Positions 7,891 to 17,838 are shown, counted from the stretch's first letter. The stretch: 56,304 bases of DNA from Kiritimatiellia bacterium (GCA_007129405.1 SKVN01000047.1:1-56304); one strand, 5' to 3'. The notes: a model not told the origin generated them from the sequence alone. Made by a program: numbers and translations.

Positions 7891-7945
7891 AAACGTTTAC
7901 CCAATGAGCATTTGGCTTGTTGGGGACCGCGTTTTTTCATGATTT

Positions 7946-7968
7946 TCCCTTGTGTGCCAAGGGATTTT
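7946..7968 (+). terminator. Rho-independent terminator candidate
   Basis: TCCCTTG-TGTGC-CAAGGGA is followed by TTTT. Confidence 0.45.
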
Positions 7969-8039
7969 GGCATAGTATAGGGCTGGTTTGGTGTAGGGTG
8001 CTGCACCCGTTTGTGTACCTTTGATCAGGAGAAGCTGTT

Positions 8040-8774
8040 ATGAAAAGATGGGCGATGGGTTTGGCGTTGGTTGTGACATTTGTAGGTGCGGGTATGGTGC
8101 AGGCACAATTGCGTTGTCAGTTGGGCATCCTGACGGAAGCGACGTTGGAGGGAAACAACCCCGCAACGGGTGAGCCTTGGCAAGCAGGGGATCAGTATCG
8201 GTTGGTGTTTATTTCCAGTACGTTCGTGAATCCGCAAACCAACGCCGCTAATGATATAGCCTATTGGAATGATGCTGTACAAGCGATTGCCAATAGTGCC
8301 ACCTCAAACGATTTGAGCAGCGTTGCGTGGAAGATTATCGGTTCAACCTCCAGTGTCGATGCTCGAGACAACACATCGACGAATCCGAATGTCGATGGAA
8401 CTGGTCACGCAATATTCGCAATGAATGGCAGTGTGTTCGAGAATAACTTTGATGACCTATGGGATACAGTTGCCCCCCAGAACAAAGAGTGGTTTGACGA
8501 GAACGGCGTTGCACTGGGCGATTCAACGGCAGTTGGCTGGCCTCTGACGGGTTCAGGTGCCACCGGAACAAGGCATAGCACAGCGTTTCTCAGGGACGTC
8601 TCCACAAGCGGGAATATCCGGCAGGGCAGGCCCGAATTTGATGATGGCAGAGCCTGGCTTGATGCCAATCGTGTAAATTCCAATTGGTTTTCCAATGCCG
8701 CCTTATCGGTATACGGGATGTCCGAGCCGCTGACGATACAGGCGCCGGGTGCTACGTTGATTTACGTGCAGTAG
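8040..8774 (+). CDS. Secreted hypothetical protein, paralogue 2
   Basis: The 244-aa ORF has the same RBS context and signal peptide as paralogue 1. It ends ...VYGMSEPLTIQAPGATLIYVQ. Confidence 0.75.
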   Translation: MKRWAMGLALVVTFVGAGMVQAQLRCQLGILTEATLEGNNPATGEPWQAGDQYRLVFISSTFVNPQTNAANDIAYWNDAVQAIANSATSNDLSSVAWKIIGSTSSVDARDNTSTNPNVDGTGHAIFAMNGSVFENNFDDLWDTVAPQNKEWFDENGVALGDSTAVGWPLTGSGATGTRHSTAFLRDVSTSGNIRQGRPEFDDGRAWLDANRVNSNWFSNAALSVYGMSEPLTIQAPGATLIYVQ

Positions 8775-8900
8775 CGTTTATAGCGGCTGGCATTGCGCTT
8801 CTTGCGGACTATTTTTATGTCGCTTTTTTGGCGTGTGTCCGTCTCCCACCGCACGCGACGAATCCCGGCGGCAGAGGACTGCCGCCCTCCAGAAAACAAC

Positions 8901-9099
8901 TGAAGTTACAGGTTAGTCGCGGCCCCGGGTGCCCCCCCAGATGATGCGGAGGAGAAACTACTTACACTTAATCGGAACCACTTGATCGCTTACACTTACT
9001 CGAAAGTCAGTGCTCATGATATCGAGTAAGTGTAGGGGATTAAGTGTAGGCGAGTAAGTGTAGGCGAGTAAGTGTGTAAACAATGAAGTTACTGGCTAG
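8901..9099. repeat. Dispersed structured repeat, copy B (4 iterons)
   Basis: The terminal direct repeats are TGAAGTTACAGGTTAG (8901) and TGAAGTTACTGGCTAG (9084). Left-arm motifs lie at 8961-9003 and the loop at 9004-9021. Four tandem 14-bp units lie at 9023-9078, complementary to the left arm. Confidence 0.85.
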
Positions 9100-9222
9100 G
9101 CACCACGCGTCTTGCATTGGGATGGCCCTTTCTGGCGTCTTGAGAGTCGGGGGCGGTCTTTTTTGTCGAAGGAATGCCACATGAATCCCCGTGATTTTAT
9201 GTGCTGCGAGTAATAAAAAAGC

Positions 9223-9251
9223 TTGCAGGGGTGGCGGGAAGTGCCTACATT
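9223..9251 (+). promoter_or_regulatory. Putative sigma70-type promoter upstream of rpsA
   Basis: TTGCAG, a 17-nt spacer, then TACATT. An A-rich tract (TAATAAAAAA) precedes it. It lies about 95 nt upstream of the rpsA ATG. Confidence 0.35.
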
Positions 9252-9345
9252 TTCCGGTTCTAAGTTGTCATGGCCGGAAAGTGTCGAGGTGACATGTTTC
9301 CTTAAAGGTCATGCGGTTTAACGTTAACAAGTAGTAGTAGACAGT

Positions 9346-11112
9346 ATGGCATTGACGGTTCAAAAGAAGATTCATGTAGATTTTGCCCTTCCGGAGATTT
9401 CCGAAGAAGAACGCGCAAGCATGGCGAAAAAGTATTCCGAGACCCTGCGGAGTTTTAGTGAGGGGTCGATTGTTCCAGGCAAGGTGCTTGCGATCCAGAA
9501 TGATGAAGTACTCATGGATATCGGGTACAAGTCCGAAGGTGTAATTGACGGGCATGAATTTGCAGACCTCGCGTCGGTAAACATTGGCGACGAGTATGAG
9601 GTATTGCTCGATCAGATGGAAGATGAAGATGGCATGGTCAGCCTGAGCAAGGAGAAGGCTGAGCAGAAGATTCAGTGGGAGCGGGTCATCAAGTCTTGTG
9701 AAGAGGGCAGCACGGTAACGGGCGTGATCAAGTCTCGCGTGAAGGGTGGCATGCTGGTGGATGTTAATGGCGTGGAGGCATTTTTGCCGGGATCGCAGGT
9801 TGATGTGTCGCCGGTACATAATGTTGACTCGATGGTTGAGCAGGAATTTGAGTTTAAAGTAATCAAGATTAATGAAGATCGCCGCAACATCATATTGTCG
9901 CGCCGGGATTTGATCGAGCAGCGGTTGAAGGTGAAGAAGCGCGAATTGCTGGCGACGATCGAAAAGGGTCAGGTCCGTCAGGGGCATGTGAAGAATATCA
10001 CGGACTTTGGTGTTTTCGTGGATCTGGATGGTCTAGACGGGTTGTTGCATATCACGGATATGAGCTGGGGCCGCATCAAGCATCCTTCTGAATTGGTGAA
10101 GGTGGGTGACCCGATTGAAGTGATGATTCTGGATGTGGACTTGGAGCGCGAGCGTGTTTCGCTGGGGCTCAAGCAGCAGACGGATAATCCGTGGGACGAT
10201 ATCAATCAGAAGTATCCGGTTGGCAGCCGCTTGCGTGGCAAGGTTGTGAATCTTGTTCCGTATGGTGCCTTCGTGGAGTTGGAAGAAGGCGTGGAAGGTC
10301 TGGTGCATGTTTCGGAAATCAGTTGGACGAAGCGTATTGCACGTGCATCGGATGTTCTGGGTGTTGGTGATGAAGTTGATGTGGTGGTATTGAGCGTAAG
10401 CCCGGAGGAGCAGAAGATTGCATTAGGCATGCGTCAGACCGAGGACAATCCTTGGGATACGGTGCAAGGTCGTTATCCGGTCGGCACGCGCATTTCCGGT
10501 CAGGTTCGGAACTTCACATCGTATGGTGCCTTCGTGGAATTGGAAGATGGCATTGATGGCATGATTCACGTGTCGGACATGTCCTGGACCCGCAAGGTGA
10601 ATCATCCTTCGGAAGTGCTGGAAAAAGGACAGGCGGTAGACGCGATTGTGCTCGAAGTGGATTCGGAGAACAAACGAATTAGTCTTGGCCTGAAACAGGC
10701 TTCAGAAGATCCGTGGAGCACGATATCCGAGCGCTATCAGATTGGTCGTTTGGTGAAGGGCACGGTTTCCAAGATTGCTACGTTCGGGGCATTCATTGAG
10801 CTGGAAGAGGGCGTTGATGGTCTGGTGCATATTTCGCAGATCAGCAATGACCACATCGAGAAGGTGCGGGATGCGTTGGATGTCGGCCAGGAGGTTGAGG
10901 CGCGGGTGATCAAGATTGATCAGAATGAGCGCCGCATTGGTCTCAGCATCAAGGCCAAGGATATGCCGGATGATGAATTCGAGAAGCATCAGGAAGAGAT
11001 TCTCGAGGGGCTGCGTCCGGGCGAGGATATGGTGGACTTGGCTGGTGCTTTTGATGAGGCCTTCAGTGGTCTGGAAGAATGGCATCCAGGCGACTCCAAA
11101 AGCCAGGAGTAG
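9346..11112 (+). CDS. rpsA: 30S ribosomal protein S1 (six S1 domains)
   Basis: The 588-aa ORF has repeated S1 motifs (G.V..I..FGAFV.L..G..GL.H.S). Confidence 0.97.
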   Translation: MALTVQKKIHVDFALPEISEEERASMAKKYSETLRSFSEGSIVPGKVLAIQNDEVLMDIGYKSEGVIDGHEFADLASVNIGDEYEVLLDQMEDEDGMVSLSKEKAEQKIQWERVIKSCEEGSTVTGVIKSRVKGGMLVDVNGVEAFLPGSQVDVSPVHNVDSMVEQEFEFKVIKINEDRRNIILSRRDLIEQRLKVKKRELLATIEKGQVRQGHVKNITDFGVFVDLDGLDGLLHITDMSWGRIKHPSELVKVGDPIEVMILDVDLERERVSLGLKQQTDNPWDDINQKYPVGSRLRGKVVNLVPYGAFVELEEGVEGLVHVSEISWTKRIARASDVLGVGDEVDVVVLSVSPEEQKIALGMRQTEDNPWDTVQGRYPVGTRISGQVRNFTSYGAFVELEDGIDGMIHVSDMSWTRKVNHPSEVLEKGQAVDAIVLEVDSENKRISLGLKQASEDPWSTISERYQIGRLVKGTVSKIATFGAFIELEEGVDGLVHISQISNDHIEKVRDALDVGQEVEARVIKIDQNERRIGLSIKAKDMPDDEFEKHQEEILEGLRPGEDMVDLAGAFDEAFSGLEEWHPGDSKSQE

Positions 11113-11137
11113 CATCAACCCTTCCAGGGGTATACAT

Positions 11138-11172
11138 AAGGGCGCTCCGGCTGCGGGGCGCCCTTTATTTTT
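11138..11172 (+). terminator. Rho-independent terminator after rpsA
   Basis: AAGGGCGC pairs with GCGCCCTT across a 12-nt loop and is followed by TATTTTT. Confidence 0.75.
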
Positions 11173-11184
11173 GAGGATGGTTTC

Positions 11185-12456
11185 ATGGATAATGTAATCG
11201 AGGTTCTTCGGGGTCGGGGGTTATTGGAGGCGTCGACATCGCCGTCATTGGAAGAAGAGGCGGGCAAGCGGCAGTTAACGGTATATGCTGGTTTTGACCC
11301 GACCGCGGAAAGTTTACAGGTTGGCAATCTTGTTGCGATAATGGGGTTGATGCATTTCCAGCGGTGTGGTCATAAGGTTGTGGCTTTGGTGGGGGGGGCC
11401 ACGGGGATGATCGGGGATCCGTCGGGGAAGACGGCCGAGCGTCCGTTGCTGGATGAGGAGACGGTATTGTCGAATTTAGCGGGGATTCGCGAGAATCTGG
11501 CGCGTTTTCTGGATTTTGATCATCCTACCGCCCCGGCCGTGATCGTGAATAATTACGATTGGTTCCGGCAGTATCCTTTTATTGATTTTTTGCGAGATGT
11601 GGGCCGGCATTTTCGTATGGGGGCGATGTTGGGCAAGGATAGTGTGCGTACGCGTCTCGATAGTGAAAGTGGAATGAGTTTCACGGAATTCAGTTATCAG
11701 CTTTTACAGGCTTATGATTTTCTGCATTTATATGATACGCTTGGTTGCGTTGTGCAGTTGGGCGGGGGGGATCAGTGGGGCAATATTACGGCGGGCACGG
11801 ATTTGGTGCGCAAGTTACGGGGCCAGGAGGTGTATGGCGTAACGATTCCGCTGGTGTGCGATCGCAATGGCCAGAAGTTTGGCAAGAGTGCCGGCAATGC
11901 CATATATCTGAGTGCTGCCAAAACCTCGGTTTATGATTTTTATCAGTTTTTCCTGCGTGTGGATGATGCGGATGTTATTCGTTTGATGCAGGTGTTTACG
12001 TTGCTTTCCGCGGATGAAATTGCGTCCTACGCGCAGGAAGTGGAAATGGCTCCTGAGCGCAGGGCTGCGCAGAAGCGTTTGGCGGAAGAAATTACGCGTC
12101 GGGTTCATGGGGATGATGGTTTCGTGCGCGCGCAGCGTTCGGCGGCGGTTCTTTTTGGTGAGGCTATGGATGGATTGGATGCGGATGCATTGCTGGAAGT
12201 TTTTGCACAAGTGCCATCGTGCACACGTTCTCATGATGCGGTTGCCGGTAAGCCGGTGGTGGAAGTTGCGGCGGAAGCGGGACTTTGCAAGAGTCGTAGC
12301 GAGGCGCGGCGTCTGATCCAGAGTGGTGGCTGTTATGTGAACAATCAGCGGGTGCAGGACGTTGAAGCCGTACTTACTCCGGGTTCTATCATTGACGGGC
12401 GTTTGGTGGTATTGCGTTCGGGGCGTAAACGCTATCAGTTGATTCGTGTGGAGTAG
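11185..12456 (+). CDS. tyrS: Tyrosine--tRNA ligase (type 1, C-terminal S4-like domain)
   Basis: The sequence has GFDPTAESL..., the KFGKS (KMSKS-equivalent) motif and a C-terminal RRLIQSGGCYVNNQRV. The HIGH position reads QVGN (see findings). Confidence 0.93.
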   Translation: MDNVIEVLRGRGLLEASTSPSLEEEAGKRQLTVYAGFDPTAESLQVGNLVAIMGLMHFQRCGHKVVALVGGATGMIGDPSGKTAERPLLDEETVLSNLAGIRENLARFLDFDHPTAPAVIVNNYDWFRQYPFIDFLRDVGRHFRMGAMLGKDSVRTRLDSESGMSFTEFSYQLLQAYDFLHLYDTLGCVVQLGGGDQWGNITAGTDLVRKLRGQEVYGVTIPLVCDRNGQKFGKSAGNAIYLSAAKTSVYDFYQFFLRVDDADVIRLMQVFTLLSADEIASYAQEVEMAPERRAAQKRLAEEITRRVHGDDGFVRAQRSAAVLFGEAMDGLDADALLEVFAQVPSCTRSHDAVAGKPVVEVAAEAGLCKSRSEARRLIQSGGCYVNNQRVQDVEAVLTPGSIIDGRLVVLRSGRKRYQLIRVE

Positions 12457-12482
12457 GTTGCTTCACGGAAGGATGGGTCGCG

Positions 12483-15320
12483 ATGTCAGAGTATATTCGC
12501 GTACGGGGCGCGGCCGGGCATAATCTGCGTTCGATTGATGTGGATATCCCCCGGAACCAGCTTACGGTGATTACGGGGGTAAGTGGTTCGGGAAAGTCAA
12601 CGCTGGCGTTTGATACGTTGTTTGCAGAGGGTCAGCGTCGCTATGTCGAGAGCTTGTCGGCCTATGCGCGTCAGTTTCTGGATCAATTGCAGAAGCCTGT
12701 TGTGGAGCGTATTGACGGGCTGTCGCCTGCGATTGCCATTGAGCAACGTCATGGCGGTGCAAATCCTCGCTCCACGGTTGCCACAACAACCGAAATTCAT
12801 GATTTTCTGCGTTTGTTGTATGCGAATGTAGGTACGCCACATTGTCCGGGGTGCGGAACGGTATTGCAACGGTATCCGGCAGAGGCCATTGTCGAGGCGC
12901 TGTTGCAGTTGCCGGCAGGCACAAAGTGTATGCTGCTTAGTCCACAACCCGCCGTATCCAGCGTAGCGGCTTGGAAAAAGTGTTTGGCAGATCTTCGCAA
13001 GCGGGGTTTTTTGCGTTTGTGGCGGGATGGGGCATCGGTTGAAATCGACGCGGCGGATGCCCATACGGTTCCCCAAGACTTTGGGTTGGTTGTAGACCGC
13101 ATTGTGGTGCGCGATGAAGATCTTCGAACGCGGTTGACGGATTCGGTGGAGTTAGCTTTGCGCGAAGGTGGCGGGCGTTTGGTTGTTCCATTGCAGTATC
13201 CTGATACGGATGTCTGGGAGCGACGTGCGTACTCGGAGGATTTGGATTGCGAGTTGTGCGGCATTCGTTTTGGTGCATTCACACCCCGCCATTTTTCGTT
13301 TAACAGTCCGTATGGTGCTTGCTCGACATGTGATGGGCTTGGGGTAGAACTTGTGTTTGATGAGGCGTTATTGATTCCGAATCCGGGCCTTCCTCTTGAA
13401 AAGGGGGCAATCCCTGTCTGGCGTATGGGGGGGCGGGCACTGGTTTCGTACTACCGGCGTCAGATCAAGGCGTTTATGAAGCATTTCTCGATTGCAGCCG
13501 GGACGCCTGTGGAGGCATTGCCGGAAAACGTACGGAAGGTTCTGTTGGAAGGTAGTGACGAGATTATTATGGATATTACGGGGCCTCGGCGCACGGGGGG
13601 ACGGGTTCGCAAAGCGCCTTTCGAGGGTGTGATTCCGAATTTGCAGCGCCGGTATCGTGAAACGGACAGTGAAGCGGTTCGCGTGAATTTGCGTAGGTAT
13701 ATGAAGAAACGTACGTGTTTAGCTTGCGGGGGGGGGCGTCTGAAGCCGGAAAGTGCGGCGTGCAGGTTTCAAGGGGTAAGCCTTGTCGATCTGTTGCAGC
13801 AACCGGTCGAGGATGTGTATGCATTTTTTTCCGGTTTGCGTTTAAAGGGGCAGGAGGCAGAGATTGCGGATGAATTGGTGCGTGAGATTCGCCAGCGGGT
13901 GCATTTTCTGGCAGAGGCGGGACTGGGGTATTTGACGCTGGATCGGCAAAGTAGCACGTTGTCGGGAGGAGAAGCCCAACGTTTGCGTCTGGCGAGTCAA
14001 TTGGGTGCGGGGTTGAGTGGCGTATTGTATGTTCTGGATGAACCTACGATTGGATTACATGAGGCTGACAATGAACGTTTGATTCGGATTCTGAAGCAAT
14101 TGCGGGATAGCGGGAATACTGTTGTTGTGGTGGAGCACGACGAGACCATGATTCGAGAGGCTGACTATGTTATCGATCTGGGTCCTGGGGCGGGGCCTGC
14201 GGGTGGGGCGGTTATGTTTCGTGGTGATGTTTTTGCATTACTTGAAGATCGGCAGAGTGTGACAGCGCATTATTTGCGGGGTGAGGAGCCACGCGTTTGG
14301 GCGCATACGCGTTTGCCTCCTGCGGCTCCCTGGATCGAAGTGCGGGGGGCGTCGGCACATAATTTGCAACACGTGGATGTGTCTTTGCCCATAGGGAGAA
14401 TGATTTGTGTTTCCGGTGTTTCGGGGAGTGGTAAGAGCTCATTGGTGCATGACGTGATCAGTCTGGCAGTGCAACAGGAATTGCAGCGGTCCGGGCCATC
14501 CGTGGAGGGCCCGTATGCCGGTATTACAGGGCTCTCGTTCTTGAATAAGATTATTGAAATTGATCAATCTCCGATTGGGCGTTCCCCGCGCAGCAATCCG
14601 GTTACGTATACTGGGGCTTTTGATTCTATACGCAAGTTGTTTGCGGCAACGGCAGCCGCCCGCGTTCGGGGGTATGATGCGGGGCGTTTCAGTTTTAATC
14701 GCAAGGGCGGGCGTTGCGAGGGATGTGAAGGGGATGGCGAAATCAAACTGGAGATGCATTTTTTGCCGGATGTTTTTGTAACTTGCGAGCGGTGTGGTGG
14801 ACGGCGGTATAATCAAGAGACGTTAGCGGTTACGTACAGCGGATATTCGATTGCCGATGTGCTGGAAGCGAGTGTGGAGGAGATGCTGGGGGTTTTCGGA
14901 AATGTGCCTGCGATTGCACGCCGTTTGCAGGCTTTGGTAGATGTGGGGCTTGGGTATTTACGCACGGGACAATCTGCGACGACTTTATCGGGAGGAGAGG
15001 CCCAGCGCGTAAAGCTGGCATCGGAGTTGAGTCGCACGGCGACGGGCAAGACCTTGTATATTCTGGATGAGCCGACAACGGGGTTGCATTTTGCGGATGT
15101 GCGGCAATTGTTGGCCGTGTTGTTCCGGTTGCGTGATGGCGGTAATACGATATTGATGATTGAGCATAATCTGGACGTATTGGCAGCTAGCGATTATGTT
15201 ATCGACTTAGGGCCAGAAGGAGGAAGCCGTGGGGGGCGGGTTGTGGCAACGGGCACACCTGCTGAAGTTGCCCGGCAAGATACACCAACGGGTATAGCTT
15301 TACGAAGCAGATTTGTATGA
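12483..15320 (+). CDS. uvrA: Excinuclease ABC subunit A
   Basis: The 945-aa ORF has two ABC modules (GVSGSGKS x2, LSGGEAQR x2) and zinc-finger cysteines. Confidence 0.98.
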   Translation: MSEYIRVRGAAGHNLRSIDVDIPRNQLTVITGVSGSGKSTLAFDTLFAEGQRRYVESLSAYARQFLDQLQKPVVERIDGLSPAIAIEQRHGGANPRSTVATTTEIHDFLRLLYANVGTPHCPGCGTVLQRYPAEAIVEALLQLPAGTKCMLLSPQPAVSSVAAWKKCLADLRKRGFLRLWRDGASVEIDAADAHTVPQDFGLVVDRIVVRDEDLRTRLTDSVELALREGGGRLVVPLQYPDTDVWERRAYSEDLDCELCGIRFGAFTPRHFSFNSPYGACSTCDGLGVELVFDEALLIPNPGLPLEKGAIPVWRMGGRALVSYYRRQIKAFMKHFSIAAGTPVEALPENVRKVLLEGSDEIIMDITGPRRTGGRVRKAPFEGVIPNLQRRYRETDSEAVRVNLRRYMKKRTCLACGGGRLKPESAACRFQGVSLVDLLQQPVEDVYAFFSGLRLKGQEAEIADELVREIRQRVHFLAEAGLGYLTLDRQSSTLSGGEAQRLRLASQLGAGLSGVLYVLDEPTIGLHEADNERLIRILKQLRDSGNTVVVVEHDETMIREADYVIDLGPGAGPAGGAVMFRGDVFALLEDRQSVTAHYLRGEEPRVWAHTRLPPAAPWIEVRGASAHNLQHVDVSLPIGRMICVSGVSGSGKSSLVHDVISLAVQQELQRSGPSVEGPYAGITGLSFLNKIIEIDQSPIGRSPRSNPVTYTGAFDSIRKLFAATAAARVRGYDAGRFSFNRKGGRCEGCEGDGEIKLEMHFLPDVFVTCERCGGRRYNQETLAVTYSGYSIADVLEASVEEMLGVFGNVPAIARRLQALVDVGLGYLRTGQSATTLSGGEAQRVKLASELSRTATGKTLYILDEPTTGLHFADVRQLLAVLFRLRDGGNTILMIEHNLDVLAASDYVIDLGPEGGSRGGRVVATGTPAEVARQDTPTGIALRSRFV

Positions 15321-17818
15321 TGCATAAAAGATATAGTATTTTTATCTTAGGTAGTGTGCTTTTTGCGTATGCTTTCAGCTATGCGGGGACATCCCGTTTG
15401 GCGCGCGGACGCATGGCGCTGGAGGATGGGTTTCATTCTCAAGCTATCCGTATTTTCGATCGTATTTTGCAGGACACGGGCACTTCTGAACTCGTGCGTG
15501 CTGAGGCGGCTGACTTTTTGTTGCGTGCGTATGCGGCGCAGAATGATTTTGATCGGATACAGGCTTTTCTGGATGATCCAACGCATGTTGTTTTTCTGGA
15601 TACTGTGAGCCAGGCATTCTGGCATGCGATGCTTCTGGATCGGCAGGGCGATTGGCAGGGGGTTCTTGCATCTTTGGCCGAGTTGCCGGATGCTGTGGCC
15701 CAAGCCTCGGCACGCGTATTGCAGCTTCGTGCGTCCGCACATTTGCAGTTGGAGCAATTTGATGCGGCTGGCGCAATATTTGCGTATTTGGCGATGGAAG
15801 TGCCGGACGAGCGTCTCGCAGCGCAAAATCGATTGGATTGGGGTCGGACGCTTCACAGTGCGGGACACTATGCAGAAGCCATTACGGTATGGGAGCCACT
15901 GTTGGCCTTGCTGGAGCAGTATCCACAATTGGCTGCACGGGCCCGTTATTTGATTGGCGAAACGTATATGTTGCAAGAGTCCTTTGCGGTAGCTGAGGAG
16001 GTTCTGGCCCCGCTGGCGCAGGAGGTGGGACAGGGGGATATATTTGCGGTATCGGCCTTGATTGCCAAGGCCCAATCGCGACAAGCCCGCGGTGATTTGG
16101 CGGGGGCCACGGAGCTTTTCCGTTTCGGGATTGATGCCTTGGGAACACATCGATTACGTCGCCGTCTGCAAATTGAATTAGGGCGGACGTTGCTCGATGG
16201 TGGCGCGTTGGATCAAGGGAAGCAAGAAATTCTGGCATATGCGAAACAGTATGCAGATAGTCCTGAAGCACCAGCTTTATTACTTGAGCTGGGTCGGCGC
16301 ATGATTGCGGAAGGGCTTTATGCGGAAGCTGTGCTTGTATATCAGCGCTATCTGGAGGCGTTTGGGGATCGAAATGGTGTTGCAAGTCATGGTCGTGGAC
16401 TTGCCTTACGGGGGGCGGGTCGATATGGCGAGGCGGCGATGGCCTTTGAACAATCGCATGCACAGGCGCCAGCGGGGAGTCGCAAGGAGGAAACGCTCTT
16501 TCTGGCGGCACACGCACGCTACAAAAATGCGCAGTATCGAATGGCCTTGGGTCATATGGAGGATTACATTCGTCGTTATGCGCAAGGGCGATTTTATTAT
16601 GAGGCGCGTTATTATCGGGGGAATGCGCTCGCGGCGTTAGAGCAGATGGAGGATGCCGTAGCCGTTTTCGAGCATCTGGCCGAAGATGCGACCGAGGATT
16701 CGCTGGCGGGGAAAGCGTTGTTACGTATTGGCGAGTTGTATCTGGAACGGCAGGAGTGGGTACTTGCTGAATCGTTTTTTGAGCGGGTTCTGAGCCGTTT
16801 TCCGGACGGGTTGCTTTATCTGCAGGCCCTGCATGGAAGAGGACAGGCACGGCATTATTTGTGGGAACGTGGAGCTGCTGCTGATTTTTTGCGGGTGGTG
16901 GCGGAGGCTGCCGATGCCGCCTTGCGCGAGCATGCACAATTTATGTTGGCGCTTCATTATTTCCGGTTCGGACGGGATGATGACGCGATCGCGATTGGCC
17001 ATCAACTTTTGGCGGATTCGCCAGAGAGCATCTGGGCACCCGAGATGCGTTTTCGGTTGGCACAGTTTTCGTTTAATAGCGGGCAGTACGAGAAGGCCGA
17101 GTCTGGATTTCTCACGTTTATTGAAAAACACCCGGATCACACGTATGTGCCGCAAAGTCTGTTTCGAGCCGGTTTAGCGGCTATACGGCGTCAGCAGTAT
17201 GTGAGCGGGAATGAGATTCTTGGTCGGATGGCGCAGCAGTTTCCGCATCACCCATTGTTGCCGTATGCACGATTTCATCAGGCCGAGGCGCTCGTGCATC
17301 TCGGGCGCCATTCGACGGCGATACTGACATTCCAGGAAGTGGTTCGATTGGCACCCAACACAGAGATTGCGTATATGGCCTGGGGGCGAGAAGGGGATAG
17401 TCATTACGTGCTTGCGGCGGATGATCCGACGCGTTTCGAGGCTGCTGCGCGTGCCTATCAGGTTGTATTGCAGGGTGGTAGTGTTCGTTTGCGTGATCGT
17501 TTACAGGCTGCATATAAACTTGGTTTGACGTATGAGAAAATGGGTCGTACGGCAGCCGCTCTGGAACAATATTATGATGGTGTGATCGTTCCGTTTCATT
17601 TAGCGTTGGCGGACGATCATGGTGAGATTGGAGCGGAAGGTAGGACGTGGTACTCCCGCGCGGTACGAAATGCAACCGCGATTCTGGATGATCAGCAAGA
17701 GTGGCGCAGCATGGTAAGCATTTTGGATCGGGCGGCCACAACGGATGCGGATATAGCTGTAGAGGCAGCACGGCGGGCGCAATCTGTTCGGTCCGAGTAT
17801 TGGTGGTTGTTTTACTGA
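15317..17818 (+). CDS. Large tetratricopeptide-repeat protein with signal peptide
   Basis: The 833-aa ORF has an N-terminal hydrophobic leader and is Ala/Leu/Tyr-rich with TPR-like periodicity. The start overlaps the uvrA stop (ATGATG). Confidence 0.75.
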   Translation: MMHKRYSIFILGSVLFAYAFSYAGTSRLARGRMALEDGFHSQAIRIFDRILQDTGTSELVRAEAADFLLRAYAAQNDFDRIQAFLDDPTHVVFLDTVSQAFWHAMLLDRQGDWQGVLASLAELPDAVAQASARVLQLRASAHLQLEQFDAAGAIFAYLAMEVPDERLAAQNRLDWGRTLHSAGHYAEAITVWEPLLALLEQYPQLAARARYLIGETYMLQESFAVAEEVLAPLAQEVGQGDIFAVSALIAKAQSRQARGDLAGATELFRFGIDALGTHRLRRRLQIELGRTLLDGGALDQGKQEILAYAKQYADSPEAPALLLELGRRMIAEGLYAEAVLVYQRYLEAFGDRNGVASHGRGLALRGAGRYGEAAMAFEQSHAQAPAGSRKEETLFLAAHARYKNAQYRMALGHMEDYIRRYAQGRFYYEARYYRGNALAALEQMEDAVAVFEHLAEDATEDSLAGKALLRIGELYLERQEWVLAESFFERVLSRFPDGLLYLQALHGRGQARHYLWERGAAADFLRVVAEAADAALREHAQFMLALHYFRFGRDDDAIAIGHQLLADSPESIWAPEMRFRLAQFSFNSGQYEKAESGFLTFIEKHPDHTYVPQSLFRAGLAAIRRQQYVSGNEILGRMAQQFPHHPLLPYARFHQAEALVHLGRHSTAILTFQEVVRLAPNTEIAYMAWGREGDSHYVLAADDPTRFEAAARAYQVVLQGGSVRLRDRLQAAYKLGLTYEKMGRTAAALEQYYDGVIVPFHLALADDHGEIGAEGRTWYSRAVRNATAILDDQQEWRSMVSILDRAATTDADIAVEAARRAQSVRSEYWWLFY

Positions 17819-17838
17819 GAACCCAAAGGAGGTTTTAT

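Noticed and set aside
9268-9987. A 239-aa minus-strand ORF.
   Set aside because: It is antisense to rpsA, whose six S1 domains are unambiguous. The composition is Leu/His/Arg-rich and non-protein-like.
15882-16937. A 351-aa minus-strand ORF, together with the 267-aa ORF at 15347-16150.
   Set aside because: Both are antisense to the TPR gene. They are Pro/His/Ala/Gln-rich with no RBS or domain. They are shadow ORFs of a GC-biased codon frame.
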